Below, in pieces: positions 56,536-64,000 of a DNA stretch of 64,000 nucleotides. Under the pieces are notes generated by a model. That model searched no databases. It saw only the letters and a list, made by a program, of their open reading frames with translations, and was not told the DNA's origin. This DNA comes from Paraspadella gotoi (Eukaryota; Animalia; Chaetognatha): NCBI GenBank assembly GCA_051294375.1, contig CM119268.1, positions 7,336,861 through 7,400,860 of the forward strand, given 5' to 3'. The first letter of the stretch is position 1, and every line of letters begins with the position of its first letter. A program made the position numbers and the translations under genes.

Positions 56536-56938
56536 GTAATCATGATTGTTCTTAGGTCTAACGTAGTAATTTTCTCCTCTGGAAAAAAACTAAATGAAGG
56601 AATCAGTGTTTGTTATTTATTTTTATTTCGTTTATACATAACAGCTACGATTCCTAACTCAAGGAGGAATTTTTCTTGTTTGAAATGAAATTCCATTTAT
56701 GTGTTTTTTTTGTCCGAAACTGAGATAATATTGTAATTAATTTAACAAAATTTTGATTAGAGAAAAAGCGTGACCGTAACCTTGATATGATTCGACCCCA
56801 ACCGAAGTTCAGATTACCACATGCACGCCAAGCAAGCTCGACCTGATTTCTATTCTCTTTAGAGTTTGAAACCCAAATTCTTTTAGTATATCAGCTAATC
56901 TTTCATCTCTCTCTCTCTCTTCTTCTCCTCTCCTCCTC

Positions 56939-57002
<64 letters not shown>

Positions 57003-58160
57003 CTATCTTCACGAACAGACTTTCCTTTGTTGATCACAAAGGTATAACTATTAAACTAACCCCATCCGAAAAAAAAAAAAAAAAATTGAAACCTTCAAAA
57101 AAAAATCCCTTTTTTGTTCTAAAATTGAAGTTTTTCTTTCCTTTCATCTCTTCTTCTCTCTTTCTTTTTCTTTTTCCTTTCCTTTTTTTTGTCTCTGCCG
57201 CAGAAATTAAATTATTGTTCGAAATTCATTCGACGTCAGGTAGTTTTCATGTTTTTTTTTTGGTTGTTTTTTTTGACTTTCCGATCTTTAATTTACGATT
57301 TATTTCATATTCGTAGCCATTGTCACCCATTGGTTTTTTTTACAGATCTTTTTTAATTAATATTTATTTTAAATTCCTTTTTTTTTTTAAAAATCGTGAC
57401 ACATTTTTAAACTCCGTAGACTTAAATTTTGTTTTTGTTATTAAAAAGACCTTTTTTCATAACCTCTCATCCTCACTCGATCTATGACGCATTTTTTGAC
57501 ATTAATTTAGTCAAAAGCGAAACATTTTTTTTTCGTTGTTGAAAATTCATGTCATTTTTTTTAATAAAAAAGAATTAGAGATTTTTTCGTTCAACAAAAA
57601 AGTAATGATACCAGAAGCTTCTTTTTTTTCTTGCTTTCGGCTAAAAAAGATATTATTATACGCCAGAAAAAAAATTTACTCTGATGTCACAAAAAATTTT
57701 TACGGAGGAAAGAGTGAAGATTGAAAAGAAAAAGAAAAAAAAAAAGAAGAAAAACTGAATCATTTTTGGGTCAGAGTTGAACTCGAACGGTTTAACGTTT
57801 CGTTTCAGATTCAAACTCGGTGATAAACTCGACAATAAATTCGTTTAAATAGCCAAGCTTTCTTTATAAAATATTGTTGCATGCGTGCATCCTTTAATAT
57901 ATACAAATCATAAATGACGTATTCGATCGATGTTTACCCGCAACATTGAGCCATGAGCATCCTTTTTTTTATTATATTACATTAAAACCATATTTAAATT
58001 TTATTGGTGTCAGTTTTTTTTATTCGAATATAGAAAATAAAGAGAAAATAAAAAACCTCGGACATATTAACCGTAACCATTAAAAGAAATCCAAATTATT
58101 TCAAAACAAAAGACCAAAAAAAAACTAAAAATCCGATGTCTTTTTGTTTTCCGTTTTCAG

Positions 58161-59308
58161 TTTAACCGCAATGCTACATCATCATCGGCGACGCCTTCTC
58201 GCGTCAAGTAAGTCGACGAACTCAAAACTTCCCTCAAGACACAAATGGTCCAACGTAGATGGACCCGAGCAAAGACGAGGGTCTCCATGTACCGCCGGAG
58301 GGGGAAACGAGAGGGTAAGTTGATGAAATCACTCCGATTCGTGGCCCGATGACATTCCTTGGACCCTTCTTTTTCCGAAGAGATGCTTGGTTGACGAAAT
58401 TCAAGAATGAATAAATGAATGATTTTGAATGCCGCTAAATATATACGACGAAACTATCAACGAGCCAAACAAACCAACCAACCAATCAATCTACCAACCG
58501 TTGTGGTATGACCGACTGGCTTGCTTATTAAAGAAGTATATTAATGAAATAATGGATCGAATAATTAATAATGAATGAATGAAAGTGAGCGACGAACGAA
58601 ACGCCGAACCACAAAGTAAACGGTTCATTGGAAAGCACCGAAAGAAACGAACAAAAAACCTAAACGAACAAAATAAACTAAAATGTTCAAATATAAACTG
58701 AGTCTTCTCGCCCATCCTCATTGCAGGGACAGAGACGAGCACCTCTCGACAGCGACATTCGGTCAAATATTTCCTGGATTCGACGGCGTTGATTCGCGCG
58801 GCGTCTTTAGCTTCGGCCCGAAGTCGATCCGTCAACAAAAATCGGACACAGTGAGTCGCTGCTCTCTCGGTTTGGGGTGAGTGGGTAGCGTTAGGGTCAT
58901 TAGAGCCTGTTTGTTCGGGGTTCTGAAACCGTAAGTGGACGTTTTAGTTTTTTGTTTTTTCAATTGTGGCTTAGTGATCTTCGTTTGGACATATTTCAAT
59001 GGACGTTAACTTTCTAAAGCATTTAAATACATATTTAGCTGAATGGGTTTAGAGAACCTTATTATAGAGTCTTCTAAAATCAGCAAAAGGCACATTCGGG
59101 AAAGTAAAGCGATTCAAAAAATGTAAACTATCAAAAATAATTGGTAAAAATTTCAAAAGTTATTTATTTTACAGATAGGATATTAAAAAAAAAACTAAAT
59201 GATTTCTAATACCCCACTGCAGCTCTACAACTCACAAACGGTACGGCGTGGAAAATACGTCACCGACAAGAGAATCAAAAAGAATCATCAAGTTTTGGGC
59301 TTCAAAGA
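58161..59308 (+). pseudogene. Frameshifted inverted copy of three PHYHD1-like exons (58161-58314, 58727-58850, 59223-59308 partial); probably uncorrected read sequence rather than a true pseudogene
   Basis: Reverse complement of 33633-34740 including introns, with scattered single-base indels, truncated at a 25-N gap. Confidence 0.8.
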
Positions 59309-59422
59309 NNNNNNNNNNNNNNNNNNNNNNNNNAATCCCAATTTTCTCAGTCGATAAATGTTCATAACTGTAATTAAAATAGATTTATGCTTCGAAACTA
59401 GCGCGAGGATGACGACGACGAC

Positions 59423-59487
<65 letters not shown>

Positions 59488-61485
59488 CGACGATGATTAT
59501 ACTCTCAAAAATTATTGTTTTTACTCTCCAGGAAGCATTTTTTTTAAAGATTTTAAACGTCATGTAAAAATAGGCGTAAACATTTTCAAACAAACAAAAG
59601 TAAAATAGCCAAAAACGCTAAATGTAAAGTACAATTCGAAAAGGCCACCCACCAATTCTCTTAAAAAATACAAATCTGGAACTTGTCTCACTTAAAAGAT
59701 TTTTCCAAAATTAATAATATCTNNNNNNNNNNNNNNNNNNNNNNNNNNNNNNNNNNNNNNNNNNNNNNNNNNNNNNNNNNNNNNNNNNNNNNNNNNNNNN
59801 NNNNNNNNNNNNNNNNNNNNNNNNNNNNNNNNNNNNNNNNNNNNNNNNNNNNNNNNNNNNNNNNNNNNNNNNNNNNNNNNNNNNNNNNNNNNNNNNNNNN
59901 NNNNNNNNNNNNNNNNNNNNGGGGGGAGTCACAGTTTCGTGTTATCTCGAACAAATATTTTCTTTGAAAAGTTTTTTTCCCCCGTTGTAAAAATTATTCA
60001 CATGAAAACCAGATGCAAAAAAGGCGTTTTGACCTATCGAAGTCTGAAATAAAGGGAGGAGGTAATAATAGCTCGTGTGTTAGGTGTGCTTTCGGGATGG
60101 CATAGTTGGAAAGGGCGTTGGTTTAAAAGTGTGGTTCTGCTTGTGGAACAATTTTTTTTCCGTTTCTCGTTGTGAAGGTTTTTGTGGTGGTGCTTGTTGT
60201 AGGTAAAGCAGACACAGANNNNNNNNNNGAGAGAGAGAGAGAGAGAGTCTCTTGGATAACACGTCAATGACGAAGGAAAACAGAAAGGTGTTGCATAGTT
60301 GGCTTGGCACAGAAGTGATTACAGAGTGATATCCGAGAAAACAAAAAGAGAATCATTTCCGTCAACTAATTCGAAAAACAAAAACAAAAACCAAAACATT
60401 GACGAAGGTTCACTCACCAATTCGGCCTCATCTCCGGTGAAGTAAACCGCCATTTTGAATTACTTTGTAGTTTCCACCCTTCGTGGGAAGAGATCCTCTT
60501 TTTTTGTTTTCTTTTATGTCGCGTGTGTTTTTTGTTGTTGTTTTTTTTTGTTTTTTTCGATCGATTTTGTTTTATCCTTTATTCCGATTGAGCTTCTGGT
60601 CCTGATTCATTTCGCGTCGAGTTTTTATCTTCACTTCGGATTTCGATTCCCTCCAAAATTTCTTGATTAAAACCAAATTTTTTGTGATTCGTTTTTTTTT
60701 CTAGGTATTTTTTATCCCAAAAAACAACAGAAATTTTTTTTTATACGAATTCCTCAAAGTTAGTTTGCGTTATTTTTTTTGTATAATTTTTTATATCCTT
60801 AGTTTTTATTTTTATTTTTTTTTTTGCCTTTCGTTGCCAGCTTCGAGAATCACAGCTTTAGCTGCCCATAAAAAATATCCAAACTTTATTTTTTTCGGGA
60901 GAATGCAGATAGTTTTTTTTTTATTAAAAAAAAAATACGTAAGTATATATTTTACAATGAAAGTCTGCAGCGGTTTTTAATGTATGTAATATTGCGTCGG
61001 TGATTAATTAATTTAATTAAGTAGAATTGTTCTGACGAAACAGAATTATTATGATTGCGATCCTTTTTCTTGACGATATATTTCGTTTTAAACGAGTTTA
61101 GTTAAATTTTGTTTTTTCGCAACGCGGAACAAACGACACAAGAGTTAAACACGCACCAAAATAAAACAAATGGTCAACAAACGGTTACAACGAACAAGTG
61201 GAGCAATAATACTGCGGCTAAATATCGTGTGTTAATTGTTTGTTTATATGATAAGGTGTTTTTTTGTTGTTGTTGTTGTTGTTGTTTTTTTTTATTGGTC
61301 GAACGAAGTATCACTTTATCGACGGTTGTTGAAGATGCTGAAATACATTAATGAAAATTTAATCAAATAAATTAGCGAGTTAACTTTGAATCCTTCATTG
61401 GAAGAATCCTAAAATGCNNNNNNNNNNNNNNNNNNNNNNNNNGTAGAGAGAGAGACGGAGAGTATCAGAGAGAGAGAGAGAGAAT

Positions 61486-62646
61486 GGCATTTACTAGATT
61501 CTTACAAGAAGGATTCAAAGTTAACTCTGCTATTTATTTATGATTAAATTTTATAATGTATTTTCAGCATCTTCAACAACCGTCGATATAAGTGATTACT
61601 TCGTCGTTAGCTAATAGAAAAAAAAAACAAACAAGCAATCAACAACAAAAAACACCTTAGTCATTATAAACAAACAATTAACACACGAATTTAGCCGCGC
61701 ATATTATTGCTTCACTTGTTCGTTGTAACCGGTTTGTTGACCATATATGATGTTTATTGTCGGTGCGTGTTTTTAACATGCATTGTTGGTCGTTGTTTCC
61801 GCGTTGACGAAAAAAAAGCAAAATTTAAACTAAACTCTAAGTTTAAAACGAAATATAGGTCGTCAAGAAAAAGCCCGAATCGCAATCTAAATTATATCTG
61901 TTTAATCTCCAGAACATTCTACTTAATTAAATTAATTAATCAAATCCGACGCAATTTACATACATTAAAAAAACCGCTCAGACTTTTCATTGTAAAATAC
62001 TATACTTCGTAATTTTTTTTTAATAAAAAAAAAACTATCCTCCATGTATGCTCCGAAAAGAAAATAAATGGTTTGGCATATTTTTTCCGAGTGGGCAGCT
62101 AAAGGCTGTGATGTCTCGAGCTGCAACGAAAGCAAAAAAAAAAATAAAAATAAAAACTAAGGATATAAAAAAGGATTAATACAAAAAAAAAACGCAAACG
62201 TAACTTTTGAGGAATTCGTGATATAAAGAGATAAAAAATTTCTGTTGTTGTTTGGTCGACCGGGCCCGATAAAAAAACTACACTAGAAAAAAAAACGACC
62301 ATCACAAAAATTTTTGGTTTTAATCAAGGAAATTTTGGAGGTGAAATCGACAATCGATAGTGAAATAAACAACTCGACGCGAACATGAGGATCGGACGCA
62401 GTAACAATGCTCAATCGGAATAAAGGATAAAACAAATATGCGATCGAAAAAAACTAAAAAAAAACAAACACAAAAAACACACGCGACATAGAAAGAAACA
62501 AAAGAGGATCATCTTCGCACGAAGGGTCGGAAACTACAAAGTAATTCAATGGCGGTTTTACTTCAGCCGGAAGATGAGGCCGAATTGGGTGGAGTGAACC
62601 GTTAGTCAATGTTTTGGTTTTTGTTTTGTTTTTCGAATTTAGTTGA
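61486..62646 (-). repeat. Inverted duplicate of about 60361-61417 next to a 25-N gap
   Basis: 61510 gaaggattcaaagttaactc is the reverse complement of 61376-61396; 62605 gtcaatgttttggtttttgttttg is the reverse complement of about 60378-60402. Confidence 0.9.
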
Positions 62647-63638
62647 TCTCTCTCTCTCTCTCTCTCTCTCTCACCTTCAAAGTGGTCTTTCCAATGTAAT
62701 CGGACGAGCTTGTTTCTTTCTGATGGGATTCTTTTTAGTGTTGTCTTCAGGTTTTTTACGTGTTGTCTTCTTAGATCTTGGTGGTTTTCGTTGTTGTCTT
62801 CTTAGATTCCTTTTTCCTTTTCTTTCACGATGATTGATCTTGTTTTTCTTCACTTTTTTCTCGAATTATCGTATCCGATCTAAAAAGAACCAAAAAAAAA
62901 AAAAAGATAAGAGGGAGTTAAGAAAAATCACTGAGATATTTAAAAAAAAACAAAAGGCGCTGCATCAAAGAATCATCATCGCATAGCAAATACTAAATTA
63001 GGCTGCAGAGATATAAATATAATTTTGTCATTTTATGTTTTGTTTCGTTTCTGTTTTTTTTTTCTTGTTTCGTTTCTATCATTTAATTTCGTTCTTCGAC
63101 CTCATCTCTCCTTTGATCGAGCGAGAAAAAGGATTAGAATGAATCGCGAAGAAAATTCTGCGGAGGCGAAAAAGGGATTTGGTCGAACCTCACCTCACCT
63201 CACCTCTCCCATTAAGCCCAGCCTTACCCACATTCAACTTTCCAGTTTTCTCATTCTTGATGCGTTATTTTGTTAATTTTAGACTAGTATTTTCTGGTCG
63301 TAATAGTTTTTAATTGTGTTAATTTTATTCAAACTCATTTTTTTAATATTTATCTTAATAACTGTATTATTTTCTTCTTTTTTTTTCTAATTTTTTCTTT
63401 ATTTCTTTCTCTCTTTCTTTCTTTTTTTCTTTCTCTATTTTCTCTCCGAGGTCTGTATCTTGTCAGATTCTTTGCTTCGTTGCTTCATTTTTTTTTTATT
63501 GAAAAATTGCGATATTACGTAAAAAAAATAATGCAATACAATATAATTTTTTTTTTATAAAACGTAGAAATTTAAAAATAATATAAAAATGTAAAAAATT
63601 ATTAGCTTGTCTGAGAGCAGCAGAGTAGAAGAGAGAGC

Positions 63639-63678
<40 letters not shown>

Positions 63679-64000
63679 AAGAGAGAGAGAGCACGAGAAG
63701 AGGAGCGGATAGGCGGAGAAAAAACTTTGTGAAACGAGTCTAGAAGCACGAAGTAGGAATGCTCATTGGGGCGGGATGGGGGGGAGAATAAAACACGAGA
63801 TAAAATCCATCTTCGTTTTTTCTCCCCCCCCTCTTTTAGTCTTCTAGGCGAAGGGGGGAGGACAGTAATTGAATTAATTGATTGCAGACTTTGATGCAAA
63901 GATCAGTTTCACCGAAAAACGCGACTTGCCATTAGTCATTCTTGTTGTTGTCGTCGTCGGCGGTCGTCTTTTTTTATATTAACAGACGAATAACTAAAAA

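Larger units (their letters stand above)
46884..59308 (-). repeat. About 12-kb inverted duplicate of about 33633-44490
   Basis: Colinear reverse-complement matches throughout: 59290 agttttgggcttcaaag vs 33631 ctttgaagcccaaaact; 46930 cgtcaaagtttactctc vs 44420; 52060-52310 vs 39640-39890. Many indels. Confidence 0.95.

Noticed and set aside
58161-59308. Second, head-to-head PHYHD1-like paralogue
   Set aside because: Introns and exons are equally indel-ridden and it ends at a 25-N gap; it is best explained as raw-read sequence from the same locus.
61443-61485. Possible SMRTbell adapter remnant at fold-back points
   Set aside because: Only (AG)n-like sequence is present; the adapter core (TTGTTGTTG/CCTCCTCC) is not seen here or at the other junctions.

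Overview
Eukaryotic, probably invertebrate, genomic DNA: AT-rich, CpG not obviously depleted, with GT-AG introns and dense (AG)n, (AAAG)n, (GAT)n, (AAT)n and (ATTC)n microsatellites. Nearly all ORFs in the supplied track are microsatellite or gap translations. One real gene can be reconstructed by hand on the minus strand (about 34740 down to 27568, probably to 21702). It is a PHYHD1-like (PhyH-family Fe(II)/2-oxoglutarate dioxygenase fold) gene with intact, phase-consistent exons, but both iron-binding histidines and the 2OG-binding arginine are substituted (HQD->QQD, VVHKS->VLYTS, R->L). The frame continues past the usual PHYHD1 C-terminus into a roughly 290-350 aa Ser/Pro/Arg-rich tail, so it is a candidate pseudo-enzyme. 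Roughly a third of the window is indel-riddled direct or inverted duplicate sequence next to exact 25-N gaps, most likely raw long-read gap-filling or fold-back chimera artefact. The largest such copy (about 46.9-59.3 kb, inverted) carries a 663-bp insertion with an 8-bp target-site duplication that is absent from the primary copy, consistent with a polymorphic hAT-like MITE. No prokaryotic features, RNA genes or CRISPR arrays were found.
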